From NCBI GenBank assembly GCA_964465575.1, contig CAYXIF010000003.1, positions 52,296 to 111,589 of the forward strand: 59,294 nucleotides of DNA, in the 5' to 3' direction. A program made the position numbers and the translations under genes. The notes under the pieces are model-generated. The model searched no databases. It was not told the DNA's origin and worked only from the letters and a program-made list of their open reading frames with translations. Every line of letters begins with the position of its first letter. Positions within the stretch are counted from its first letter, which is position 1. Origin of the DNA: an uncultured Candidatus Bathyarchaeia archaeon (GTDB lineage Archaea > Thermoproteota > Bathyarchaeia > Bathyarchaeales > DTEX01). Below are positions 38,358 to 47,798 of the stretch, piece by piece.

Positions 38358-40355
38358 GTGAAAATGGCCGAAGAAGTCAAAAGCGCTTTAACACCAAAAC
38401 TATGGGTAACGTTGATAGTGATCTCTGCGGTCATGAGCTTCGTAGGTGTTCTAACAGCTCCATTTGCTCCAAGCTGGGCTTGGTCAACGATCTTCGGGTC
38501 TTTCACAGCGCCACTCGTCACGTTGTTCATCGTGCTGGTCATCTCAAAAATAGCCAGTCCCTTCACAAAGGCATTGACCCCACAGAAACTGGCTCTGTTG
38601 TACACGGTGACAGCAATGTCCGTCGTCTTCTGCTGGAGCTGGATCCCCTATGGCATAGTGCACAACGCTGTGAACATGCGATTCTTCTTGTTCGATTGGC
38701 ATCCTGGAACCACTGCCGTGGCCAAGCAAATCGTGTTCGGTCCGCTCAACCGTGATGCTGTGCTGCCGATTCTGACAGGTGGAGTCTCTACGCCGTGGGG
38801 TGATTGGGCACCCTTCCTAGGCTGGTGGTTGGCGTACACAGTACTGTGGCTGCTCTTTTGGGTCGGATGGTTGGCTCTGCTTCAAGAGAGATGGATTGAG
38901 GTGGAGAAGCTTCCGTTCCCAGCCGCTCTGACCGGAACGATGCAGATCGGGTTGGCGACGAAGTCGGAGAAGATGGAGACTGAAGGGAGACTCAAGTTCT
39001 TCATGCTTGGATTCGTGATAGGAGCGGTGGTCATCCTGCCAGTGATCGCACGGGCATTGAACCGAGCGATACCTGACCTGTACGGCTGGACAGCAACACC
39101 TTACTTACCATGGTTCTTGGGCACAATAAGCGTAGGCAACCTTCCTGCTTTCAGGGCAATTCCAGTATGGTCCTTCCTGCCAGTGAACCCAATGATCTAC
39201 GCCCTCTTCTACCTCTTCCCAGCGAAGATCCTGTTCTCCATATGGTTCTTCTCGCTGGTAGGCGTGCTGATCCCAAGCCAACTCGCCTACTATATGGGCT
39301 ACTACACGGCGCTTGCAGAGCAGGCGGATCGATTCCATGGATTCATGGGAGGCGAACCCTTCAAGTGGATTGGCGTGTGGATTGGGTCTTTCGTGGGCCT
39401 GATCCTTACGTGGTTTGCACTCAACCTATCGTACATGAGAAGCCTACTCAGAAAGCCCGTTGAGCCAGAGAAGAAAGCCATCCCATATATGTTGGGTCTG
39501 CTGATGATCGTGGTATCAACTGTTGCTCTCATCGCCTTACTCTTGGTAGCAGGGGTCCACCCGTTGGGCACACTGATTATCGTATTCACAATGTGGGTGC
39601 TCTACCTTTCAACGGTTAGAGTCTACGGTTTCGCTAGCATCACTGGCACTGCCTGGGGCTCTCCAATAGACTGGTCTCACTACCCATTCCTGCTGAAGCA
39701 TCTCTTCATCCCTGATCCGCGCACAAGGAACGCCGTGATCTCAACAACGATGCAGATGGGTAACAGGTGGACAGGAGAGCTGATGGGTGAGAACAACACA
39801 CAGTGGGGCATGGTTTTCGCGATCCCGATGTGTTACAAGGTAGGATACGACACTGGAACCCACCCGCGAGACATCACAAAGCTAGTCTTGGTTTCGGGCA
39901 TCATCTCAGCTCTCATAGGTTACCCAACTGCCGTGTGGTTTGGCTACGCATATGGCACGAACAACACTCCAATGACGCTATTCGACGCTTGGTGGCTATG
40001 GACATTCGACCAGCCTTGGGGTGACATCGCCACGATTGGCGCCAATGAGCCTCTATGGCCTCACATAATCGCAGGCATCGTCTTGACACTGGTACTGAGC
40101 GTTCTGAACTTCCGTTTCCTGTGGTGGCCTCTGGATCCTGCGGGTGTTGCCTTGGCTCTAGGCGCGGCCGGAACTGGATGGCTCATCCCAGGCCTGCTTG
40201 CATGGGTAGTAAAGACACTGGTTCTCAGAACAGGCGGCACAAAGCTCAACGACAGAGTAGTGACACCAATCGTTGTCGGGCTACTTGTAGGCTACTGGTT
40301 TATCATGTTCCTAGGAGCCTTCCTAGGACTGATCCAGTTCTTCCTACCAAAGTAG
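38358..40355 (+). CDS. OPT-like (DUF6785/DUF6784-like) multi-pass membrane transporter
   Basis: 665 aa hydrophobic; ERWIEVEKLPFP motif shared with the 31447 protein; WWPLDPAGVA C-terminal motif. Confidence 0.6.
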   Translation: MKMAEEVKSALTPKLWVTLIVISAVMSFVGVLTAPFAPSWAWSTIFGSFTAPLVTLFIVLVISKIASPFTKALTPQKLALLYTVTAMSVVFCWSWIPYGIVHNAVNMRFFLFDWHPGTTAVAKQIVFGPLNRDAVLPILTGGVSTPWGDWAPFLGWWLAYTVLWLLFWVGWLALLQERWIEVEKLPFPAALTGTMQIGLATKSEKMETEGRLKFFMLGFVIGAVVILPVIARALNRAIPDLYGWTATPYLPWFLGTISVGNLPAFRAIPVWSFLPVNPMIYALFYLFPAKILFSIWFFSLVGVLIPSQLAYYMGYYTALAEQADRFHGFMGGEPFKWIGVWIGSFVGLILTWFALNLSYMRSLLRKPVEPEKKAIPYMLGLLMIVVSTVALIALLLVAGVHPLGTLIIVFTMWVLYLSTVRVYGFASITGTAWGSPIDWSHYPFLLKHLFIPDPRTRNAVISTTMQMGNRWTGELMGENNTQWGMVFAIPMCYKVGYDTGTHPRDITKLVLVSGIISALIGYPTAVWFGYAYGTNNTPMTLFDAWWLWTFDQPWGDIATIGANEPLWPHIIAGIVLTLVLSVLNFRFLWWPLDPAGVALALGAAGTGWLIPGLLAWVVKTLVLRTGGTKLNDRVVTPIVVGLLVGYWFIMFLGAFLGLIQFFLPK

Positions 40356-40373
40356 GCAACCACACCCTCCCCC

Positions 40374-40381
40374 TTTTTTTT
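40374..40381 (+). terminator. Archaeal oligo-T terminator
   Basis: T8 run 19 nt after the stop codon. Confidence 0.5.
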
Positions 40382-40728
40382 AGTTGCTCAGCAAACACAC
40401 TGGGCCAAGCCATCTGGACATCGCATTCTAGATTCGGCTTTGCTTTCTGCTCACTGATCGTTCATACTTGGCTAAGTGGACGATCAGAGGTTTTCCAGAT
40501 GGATTGTGGTGCCCTCTCCGCTTGACCAAGAGGAGGCTTGAGCAAGGTCGGCTCAAAGGTTAGATTCAACAGTATTCGCGTGATGGTTTCGACGGCATGC
40601 GACGGCGTCCAGCCTTTAGTCAAGTCTTCCCAGCTGAAAAAGAGGAGACTGGAATCTTGACAGAAACCTGCACAAGTATCACTGGATTCACCCCACGCTC
40701 AAAACCATTAATTCTGGCTGACAATGCT

Positions 40729-42183
40729 CTATGGCTTGATACGCGTCTTGGCCCGACCTCTTACAACCATGTACCCAACAGCCGCAGCGACAGCCGCTGC
40801 TGCTCCTATTGCCACATAAAGCCATGGGAACCCTTCTCCCAGAGGGGTCAGAGTGACTTGCGGCACCACATTTACTGTCTGAACGCTTGGTATCACCGAG
40901 CCGCCGAATTGAATTCCTTGGTTAGGCGGTGTTGAAGGCCAGTGCAACACTTGGATGATCACATTCTTGTCAGTAACGATCTTGTGCGATCCAGGATGAG
41001 TCAGCGCAAAGTAGGTGTGGGGTTGTATTGGTCGGGATACGTCGTCTATTGTCACCTTTGTAAGCTCGCTTGCGAAAACATATGCCTCCACATTGGATTC
41101 CGTAGGTAGGAAGAACGCAGTTTCTTCATTAGCCTTCACTCCTATATAGGCGACTCCGGACCCGTACGCACCGTACATTTCGAGCAACAGCCTACGAATG
41201 CTGCCGTTGTGGATGAAGGTCACTGTGACTGGCTTGTCGCTTTGCATTATGAACGCTTCTGCTTTGGGCTTGACTCCGATGCTGCCTCCTCCCTTGACGG
41301 CGACCTCCTCAAGTTTCTGTTTCGTTTCTAGGTTCCATACTGATACTTTTGCATCACTTGTGGCAGAAATCTGGAACCCATAACCCTCAACGCTATCCCA
41401 ATCTGTAGTCGATCCCGAGTAGAAGACCTTTCCAACGAAACCTCCTTCAGCAGAGGGCACAGCGTAGCTTCGGCGTGCATCGTATCGTCCTCCGATTGCG
41501 CCACATTGGATCATGATGGCGCCTGTCGACTCAACCTTGTATGCTCTGAAGGGCTTCAACATGAGGCGCTGAAACGAATTGGGCTGGAGCGTGTAGACGT
41601 TTTGAGAACCATCTTCCCCTGTCACCGTGACTCGGGAGTTCTCCAAAGCGAAGATAATGTAAGGTGTTCCACCAAGCTGAGAAGCTATGAAAACAAACTT
41701 TCTACCGACGTAGGCGCCGTCTGTCGCTGTGTAGTAGGTGCTTGGGAGAGGGCCTTCTGAGGCGTTGGAGGCAGGAATCCCCCCGCTTAGTAAGGCAACG
41801 CTGACTACGCGGTCTGACGTGACCTTGAAGATTGAGCCATTAGGGAACAATGCATAATGCTTCTCCATGCTGTTAAGATTGGCCTGAGACACCAAACGGC
41901 CGTCGGGAAGTGAGTAGACCTGAACATTCGTGTTGCCTTCCGAAGCGATAATCGCAACTAGACCAGAGCTTCCTTCTGTGCCGTTAACCAGTAGCCAACC
42001 TGAACTGAGGTTGTTCATATCATCGAGCTCCATCCGGTGGATCTTGGCGGGCACAACCCCATAGTAAGTGTACTGTTCAACGGAGCCATCAAGAGAAGTT
42101 GACACGAGGCAGGAAGCCAGCAGCAGAACGACAGAGAAAAGGTGAGCCGCGCGGTCAAAAAGCAAGCGGTTCTTTCCCGACAC
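40729..42183 (-). CDS. Secreted, C-terminally anchored beta-rich surface protein (IgGFc-binding-domain-like)
   Basis: N-terminal signal; repeated IA.E..T.V.V / KV.SD..V.V units; C-terminal TM helix plus basic tail (VRGRAKTRIKP). Confidence 0.6.
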   Translation of the reverse strand: MSGKNRLLFDRAAHLFSVVLLLASCLVSTSLDGSVEQYTYYGVVPAKIHRMELDDMNNLSSGWLLVNGTEGSSGLVAIIASEGNTNVQVYSLPDGRLVSQANLNSMEKHYALFPNGSIFKVTSDRVVSVALLSGGIPASNASEGPLPSTYYTATDGAYVGRKFVFIASQLGGTPYIIFALENSRVTVTGEDGSQNVYTLQPNSFQRLMLKPFRAYKVESTGAIMIQCGAIGGRYDARRSYAVPSAEGGFVGKVFYSGSTTDWDSVEGYGFQISATSDAKVSVWNLETKQKLEEVAVKGGGSIGVKPKAEAFIMQSDKPVTVTFIHNGSIRRLLLEMYGAYGSGVAYIGVKANEETAFFLPTESNVEAYVFASELTKVTIDDVSRPIQPHTYFALTHPGSHKIVTDKNVIIQVLHWPSTPPNQGIQFGGSVIPSVQTVNVVPQVTLTPLGEGFPWLYVAIGAAAAVAAAVGYMVVRGRAKTRIKP

Positions 42184-42449
42184 GTTCCATCCCCTTGAAA
42201 AATAATGCGAATGTAACTTTATTAAACTTGCTGCAGGACCTGCTGAGAATAGCCTTCATATGGTCCTATGATTGGTTCTTTGGGCTCAGTTCCTTCCAAG
42301 GAAGCTGCCATGGGCGCGTTACCGCGAAACCGAAGAGACATCTTGCTTAACTACATGTCTGCTCTTTTCTCAATATTGAGGGTGTGTGGAGTCGGTTCGC
42401 GCGAAAACCATTTTAGGTTTGGGTCTGAACTTATTGTTAGGCGATCTAC

Positions 42450-43733
42450 ATGGCTAAGGTTACCTTCATCGGTGCCGGAAGCGTCGTCTTCGCCAGCCGA
42501 TTGCTTAGCGACATTCTTTATCACCCTGAACTGCAAGAGTTCACGATCTCTTTGATGGACATCAATGCCGAACGTCTAAAGCTAATCGATCAGCTCGCGC
42601 ACATCACAGTGTCCAAACATGCACCAAAGGCGAAGGTCGAGTCCACACTGGACCGAAAGGAAGCACTGAAGGATTCAGACTACGTGATCATCATGATCCA
42701 AGTCGGAGGGCTCGAAGCCTTCGAACATGACATAAACATACCTCTCAAATACGGCATAAACCAGGAAGTCGGAGATACGCTTGGACCTGGAGGCGTCTTC
42801 CGTGGATTAAGAACAATCCCGGTTCTGGTAGACATCTGCCGCGACATGGAGAGCCTATGCCCTGACGCTCTTCTGATCAACTATGCCAATCCTATGGCCA
42901 TAAACTGCTGGGGCATGAACAAGGCTATGGGAACCAAGAATGTTGGGCTTTGCCACAGTGTGCAAGGAACAGCGATGCGGCTAGCGAGGTACATCAATGT
43001 GCCCTATGAGGATGTCTCTTACTGGGTCGCGGGGATCAACCATCAAGCCTTCTTTCTCGAATACGATTACAAAGGCAAAGACGCTTATCCACTTCTGCGA
43101 GAGGCCATGAAGAAGGAGGAAGTCTACAGCAAGGACCGCGTTCGCTGGGAGATGATGAAGCACCTAGGTTACTTCATAACCGAATCCAGCCACCACTTGG
43201 GCGAGTACGTGCCGTATTTCCGCACTACAGAAGAAAGGCGCAAGACCTACTGCGAGCCCCGATGGTTCTATCTAGAGATCTGCAAGAACGCCTGGAAACC
43301 TCACTACGAAAGAATTGAAAAGCAGATCAGGGGCGAAGAACCCATCACGTTAGGCAGATCCGATGAGTACAGCGTCGACATCATCCTCTCAATGGAGACT
43401 GGTCACCCTTGCAGAATAAACGGCAACGTCGAGAACATGGACTTGATAACCAACCTTCCGGATGGATGCTGTGTTGAGGTTCCATGTCTAGTCGATGGGA
43501 ATGGAATCCACCCATGCAACGTAGGCAACCTTCCATCCCAATGCGCAGCCCTGAACAGGACTAGCATAAACGTGCAGGAACTGGCTGTCAAAGCGGTCCT
43601 AGAAAAGGACCGCACAGCTGCACTGCAGGCGGTCATGTTCGACCCGCTAACATCAGCTCTTCTAACCCCTAGAGAGATTGAGAAAATGGTCAATGAGATG
43701 TTCAAAGCCGAGGCCCAGTGGCTCAGCTTCTGA
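42450..43733 (+). CDS. melA: Glycoside hydrolase family 4 (NAD+/Mn2+-dependent alpha-galactosidase/glucosidase-like)
   Basis: FIGAGSVVF, GDTLGPGG, NYANPM, GLCHSVQG, AGINH, VEVPC. Confidence 0.9.
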   Translation: MAKVTFIGAGSVVFASRLLSDILYHPELQEFTISLMDINAERLKLIDQLAHITVSKHAPKAKVESTLDRKEALKDSDYVIIMIQVGGLEAFEHDINIPLKYGINQEVGDTLGPGGVFRGLRTIPVLVDICRDMESLCPDALLINYANPMAINCWGMNKAMGTKNVGLCHSVQGTAMRLARYINVPYEDVSYWVAGINHQAFFLEYDYKGKDAYPLLREAMKKEEVYSKDRVRWEMMKHLGYFITESSHHLGEYVPYFRTTEERRKTYCEPRWFYLEICKNAWKPHYERIEKQIRGEEPITLGRSDEYSVDIILSMETGHPCRINGNVENMDLITNLPDGCCVEVPCLVDGNGIHPCNVGNLPSQCAALNRTSINVQELAVKAVLEKDRTAALQAVMFDPLTSALLTPREIEKMVNEMFKAEAQWLSF

Positions 43734-43777
43734 TTCAGCCTTTCTCCGTCACAGCTATCAGTGGTCAGTTGGCAGCC

Positions 43778-43891
43778 GCTCTCCTCTACAAGGTATGCCT
43801 CTAACACCCGGTTAGCAGGATCTAAACTTGCTTGAATGCCAGAGATTCCACCGCCAACAACTAGTACCGAGTTGCTTCCGTCAAGCTCACG
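43778..43891 (-). pseudogene. Remnant of an HdrA-like FAD-binding N-terminus
   Basis: SNSVLVVGGGISGIQASLDPANRVLEAYLVEES; in-frame TAG immediately upstream, no start codon, similarity ends after ~38 codons. Confidence 0.7.
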
Positions 43892-43960
43892 CTAAGGCAA
43901 CATCTCCCTGCGCACACTCTCTTTGAAGAGGACTGTTAAGGTTGACACGTCCAAGGCATG

Positions 43961-44097
43961 CTATTGCGAGAGATCTTCACGAATACGGGATACCCCCCCT
44001 ACACCCCTAGGTTTTTGCTGAAGAATCTAAACCAAGATCTCTATTGAGAGAAATTCTTGCGAATAGAGATACCCCCCCTAGGTTTTTTTGCTGAAAG
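43961..44097 (+). repeat. Two imperfect direct repeats at 80-bp spacing
   Basis: CTATTG.GAG...GAATA..GATACCCCCCC..CTAGGTTTTT..GCTGAA starting at 43961 and 44041. Confidence 0.8.
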
Positions 44098-44555
44098 CTA
44101 GCCGACGACCAACAAGACGATTGCTATCCAGATCCTTCTTACGGGCCTCCAGAGCCTCCTCCGCACCCATGCCCGCAAACCCTTGAAACCGCTTAACATC
44201 CAAACCATAACGGGATCTGGTGCTCTCAACCCTGACTATGCAGCCAAAACTCAAGAGCAGACATGAACAACAATGGGAAAACACATGCATGGAAAGGTTA
44301 TGCTTACGACTTAACCCTTATGCCCTTATTATGTGAGTTATGCTCATTAGAAGGATACGCAAGCGCCTATGAGATTGAACCTACCTCCTCTTCCGCATTC
44401 TGCTCTCTACTTCACTGGAAGTTCGTTGCGCCTGTGAAGTAGTCATCCCTACCCGTGCAGTGTGGACGACAGCATTCCTAGGCTAAGGAGAGCTGCTGGC
44501 GGAAACGCTTGCCTCCGCTAAGAGGAATAACCGCAGGTCTGATTCTGAAGATGAC

Positions 44556-44735
44556 TTAAAGGCGCGATAAAACCAGACGAGTGGAGTTTACGTCAACTTC
44601 CATAATAGCGCAGTTAGGGTATTCTCTTGTCTCTCCGAGCAGATCCCGGACTATGACGTTGCTACCCTCAGCCTTGGCGTAGACTACATCCTTGAATGTA
44701 ATGTCGCCATCTAGGATGACTCTGAATTCGCACAC
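44556..44735 (-). CDS. cooT: CooT-family nickel-binding protein (59 aa)
   Basis: Below ORF-track cutoff: MCEFRVILDGDITFKDVVYAKAEGSNVIVRDLLGETREYPNCAIMEVDVNSTRLVLSRL. Cys2, DV and RD.LG motifs; divergent from cdhA. Confidence 0.8.
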   Translation of the reverse strand: MCEFRVILDGDITFKDVVYAKAEGSNVIVRDLLGETREYPNCAIMEVDVNSTRLVLSRL

Positions 44736-44898
44736 TTTTCTGTCACCTTCTGGTGTAGGTGTATTGTGTTGGACTTGTCATAAAAATGCTTTCCCGTCTT
44801 CTGCTATGTATGGCGCACATTTGCACCTGATTTGAAAGAGATAAAAGGAAGAATCGCTATTTGTCTGTGACTCCACTAGGTCGTGAAGGGCTGAATTT

Positions 44899-47250
44899 AT
44901 GCCTGAGAAAGAGTTGCGCATGAAGATCAAGGAGCTGAGAAGCGATCTAGCCGAACTCAAGGATTTTGAGTTATCCATCGGCAGAATAATCGAAGAAGAA
45001 CCATGGACCGAAGCTGTTGGCCCAACACCTCGCCCTTCAATAGCTGACCTAAGAGAATGGGACTTGAAACTTCTCCAAAGATACAAACCGTTCTACATGC
45101 CCTTCTGCGATGTCTGTTGCCTCTGTACATTCGGGAAGTGCGATCTTACTGGGAACAAGCGCGGAGCCTGCGGCTTGAACATGGCAGCTCAGCAGTCGCG
45201 GATAGTCTTGCTTACGTGCTGCATAGGCGCCGCAACCCACATAGCCCACGCTAGCCATCTAGTTGAACACTTAATTGAACGGTTTGGTGGAGAGCACCCT
45301 ATCAACGTGGGTGGTCTAAGCGTTGAAGTTGAGGCTCCGGTGACGCGTCTGGTATGTGGGACAAAACCTAAGACGCTTGGCGATCTCGAGGATGTTTTGA
45401 ACTACCTTAGGGAACAGGTAACCCATTTGCTTGGGGCAACTCATACAGGGCAGGAAGGAAGCGACGTTGACTTCGAGTCTAAGGTCCTGCATGCTGGAAT
45501 GGTCGACCATGTTGGGTTGGAGGTTGCCGACGTAGCGCAGGTCGCTGCGTATGGGTTTCCAAAGGCCGATCCCAATGCACCTCTTGCAGAGATAGGCCTA
45601 GCAGCGGTTGATGCTAGTAGGCCTGTCATTATGGTGATTGGACACAATGTCGTCCCGTCCGTCGGCATTGTGGACTACCTTACAGACAACGGTCTCTATG
45701 GCGACGTCGAAGTCACAGGCCTGTGCTGCACGGCTCATGATGTCACGCGGTACAACCCAAAAGCGAAGATAGTGGGCCCAATCTCATGGCAGCTCAGGTT
45801 TATCAGAAGCGGCGTGCCAGACGTGATCGTAGTTGACGAGCAATGTATTAGGGCGGACTCCTTGATCGAGGCACAGAAGGTAGGAGCGCCCCTAATTGCG
45901 GCAAGCGAAAAAAACTGTCTGGGACTTCCCAACAGAACCAAAGACCCTGCAGACGAGATAGTCAGAGACCTTACAGCCAGAAAAGCACCTGGTGCTCTAA
46001 TTCTCGACCCTGCAAAGGTAGGCGAGGTAGCCGTAAAGACAGCGCTTGCAGTTGCTACCAAGAGGGCGAAGTTCAAGGCTCTGCCCGATGTAGATGACAT
46101 CGTCGAAAGCGCCAAGAAGTGCCGAAAGTGTGATGAATGTAGGAGAGCATGCCCAAACGACCTGCCAATTCGCGAAGCCTTGATTGAATCTGCAAAAGGA
46201 AGTTTGGAGGAGCTCTCAGACCTTTATGATGAGTGTATCGGGTGTGCACGTTGCGAAAGCGCTTGCCCACTGAGATTCGAGTTGCACAGCTTCATAGTCA
46301 AGGCAGCCGAGAAGAAGCTTAAGGAAGAAAGGTTCAAGGTACGAGTTGGCAGAGGAGCAATCCAAGACGTTGAGATAAGAGAAGTCGGCGGCCCAATCGT
46401 CCTGGGCGAGATTCCGGGGGTAGTTGCATTCGTAGGATGCGCCAACTATCCGAAAGGGGGAGAAGAAGTCGCCGAGATGGCTGTAGAGTTCGCCAAGAGA
46501 CGATACATTGTACTCACATCTGGATGCTCGGCCATGTCTGCGGCGATGTTCAGGGATGAGGAAGGCAAAAGCCCTTACGAAATCTACCCAGGAACCTTTG
46601 ACGCAGGCTGCATAGTGAATGTCGGCTCTTGCGTTGCGAACTCTCATATAGCTGGAGCTGCGATCAAAATCGCAAGTATCTTCGCAAAGAGGAGGTTGCG
46701 AGGAAACTATGAGGAGATAGCGGATTACATCCTCAACCGCGTCGGTGCAGTTGGGGTTGCGTGGGGCGCGATGTCCCAGAAGGCAGCAGCGATTGCGAGC
46801 GGTTTCTGGCGACTGGGAGTGCCTGTGATAGTTGGTCCTCATGGGGCGAAGTATCGCCGCATGCTCCTAGGCAGAAAGGACAAGGCTGAAGACTGGTATG
46901 TATATGATGCTCGAACTGGGGAGAAGGTCTACGTAGGTCCAGCTCCCGAACACCTCTTCTACGCAGCCGAGACGAAGGAGGAAGCCACGGTTATGATTGC
47001 GAAGCTCAGCATGAGACCGAATGATACAACCAGAGGGCGATCCATTAAGCTGACGCACTACGCGGACTTGAGCAAGCGGTTGTATGGCATCATGCCGGAC
47101 GATGTCCATCTGTTCGTGCGCACATTGGCTGATGTACCGATCACAATGAGGAACGAGATCATAAGGGTCCTAGAGGAGCAGAAATGGAAAGAGAGTACGA
47201 TTCCCGACCCGACTCTCCTTCCAAGAATGATCAGAAGGAGGCATGACTAG
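44899..47250 (+). CDS. cdhA: CODH/ACS (ACDS) alpha subunit
   Basis: CDVCCLCTFGKC, GHN, GLCCT, DEQC, two ferredoxin motifs, GCAN, GSCVAN. Confidence 0.97.
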   Translation: MPEKELRMKIKELRSDLAELKDFELSIGRIIEEEPWTEAVGPTPRPSIADLREWDLKLLQRYKPFYMPFCDVCCLCTFGKCDLTGNKRGACGLNMAAQQSRIVLLTCCIGAATHIAHASHLVEHLIERFGGEHPINVGGLSVEVEAPVTRLVCGTKPKTLGDLEDVLNYLREQVTHLLGATHTGQEGSDVDFESKVLHAGMVDHVGLEVADVAQVAAYGFPKADPNAPLAEIGLAAVDASRPVIMVIGHNVVPSVGIVDYLTDNGLYGDVEVTGLCCTAHDVTRYNPKAKIVGPISWQLRFIRSGVPDVIVVDEQCIRADSLIEAQKVGAPLIAASEKNCLGLPNRTKDPADEIVRDLTARKAPGALILDPAKVGEVAVKTALAVATKRAKFKALPDVDDIVESAKKCRKCDECRRACPNDLPIREALIESAKGSLEELSDLYDECIGCARCESACPLRFELHSFIVKAAEKKLKEERFKVRVGRGAIQDVEIREVGGPIVLGEIPGVVAFVGCANYPKGGEEVAEMAVEFAKRRYIVLTSGCSAMSAAMFRDEEGKSPYEIYPGTFDAGCIVNVGSCVANSHIAGAAIKIASIFAKRRLRGNYEEIADYILNRVGAVGVAWGAMSQKAAAIASGFWRLGVPVIVGPHGAKYRRMLLGRKDKAEDWYVYDARTGEKVYVGPAPEHLFYAAETKEEATVMIAKLSMRPNDTTRGRSIKLTHYADLSKRLYGIMPDDVHLFVRTLADVPITMRNEIIRVLEEQKWKESTIPDPTLLPRMIRRRHD

Positions 47251-47797
47251 GTCGTCAAAGTCCATTGAGCCTTGGCAAACGGCGGAGATTGCTGGTCCGA
47301 AGAGGGCCCAAGTTGTGGTCAAGCCAGAAGTGGTCTCTGCGTTGCTGAGGCGCGCCGAGAAGCCAATCCTCATTGTTGGGCACGAAGCTGCCGAGATTCA
47401 ACTCAAAAAGGGGAAACTCGTTGACTACATAATCCGTGTTGCTGAGAACGCGAGGATTCCGGTCGTTGCTACGGCTCACATGCAGGGCGAGTTTCTTGGT
47501 CGAGGCTTTCTCGTAGATTCTTGGATGCCTGTGGTTGACATAGCGAATAGGCTCACGGACCGCGACTGGAGGGGGCTGGATGGCAAGGGTCCGTACGACC
47601 TCGCCCTCTTCGTGGGGCTTCCCTACTACGTAGAATGGCTCATCCTCTCCGGCATCAAACACTTCTCGGATGATCTCAAGACGGTGTCTTTGGGCAAGCA
47701 TTATCAGCCGCATGCTTCATGGTCATTTCCGAATCTATCCGACGATGACTGGGAAGAGAACCTTGAAGCCATTGTGAGAGAACTGGGGGAAAGATAG
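47243..47797 (+). CDS. cdhB: ACDS epsilon subunit
   Basis: PWQTAEIAGP, GLDGKGPYDL, WSFPN. Confidence 0.95.
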   Translation: MTRSSKSIEPWQTAEIAGPKRAQVVVKPEVVSALLRRAEKPILIVGHEAAEIQLKKGKLVDYIIRVAENARIPVVATAHMQGEFLGRGFLVDSWMPVVDIANRLTDRDWRGLDGKGPYDLALFVGLPYYVEWLILSGIKHFSDDLKTVSLGKHYQPHASWSFPNLSDDDWEENLEAIVRELGER

Positions 47798-47798
47798 A

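Noticed and set aside
43989-44080. C-runs as ORB G-strings of a replication origin
   Set aside because: No GTTCCAGTGGAAAC-like ORB core and no cdc6/orc1 gene nearby.
44078-44440. 70-aa minus ORF and a 40-aa MPLLCELC plus ORF
   Set aside because: No family recognised and too short to separate from chance; BLASTX would decide.
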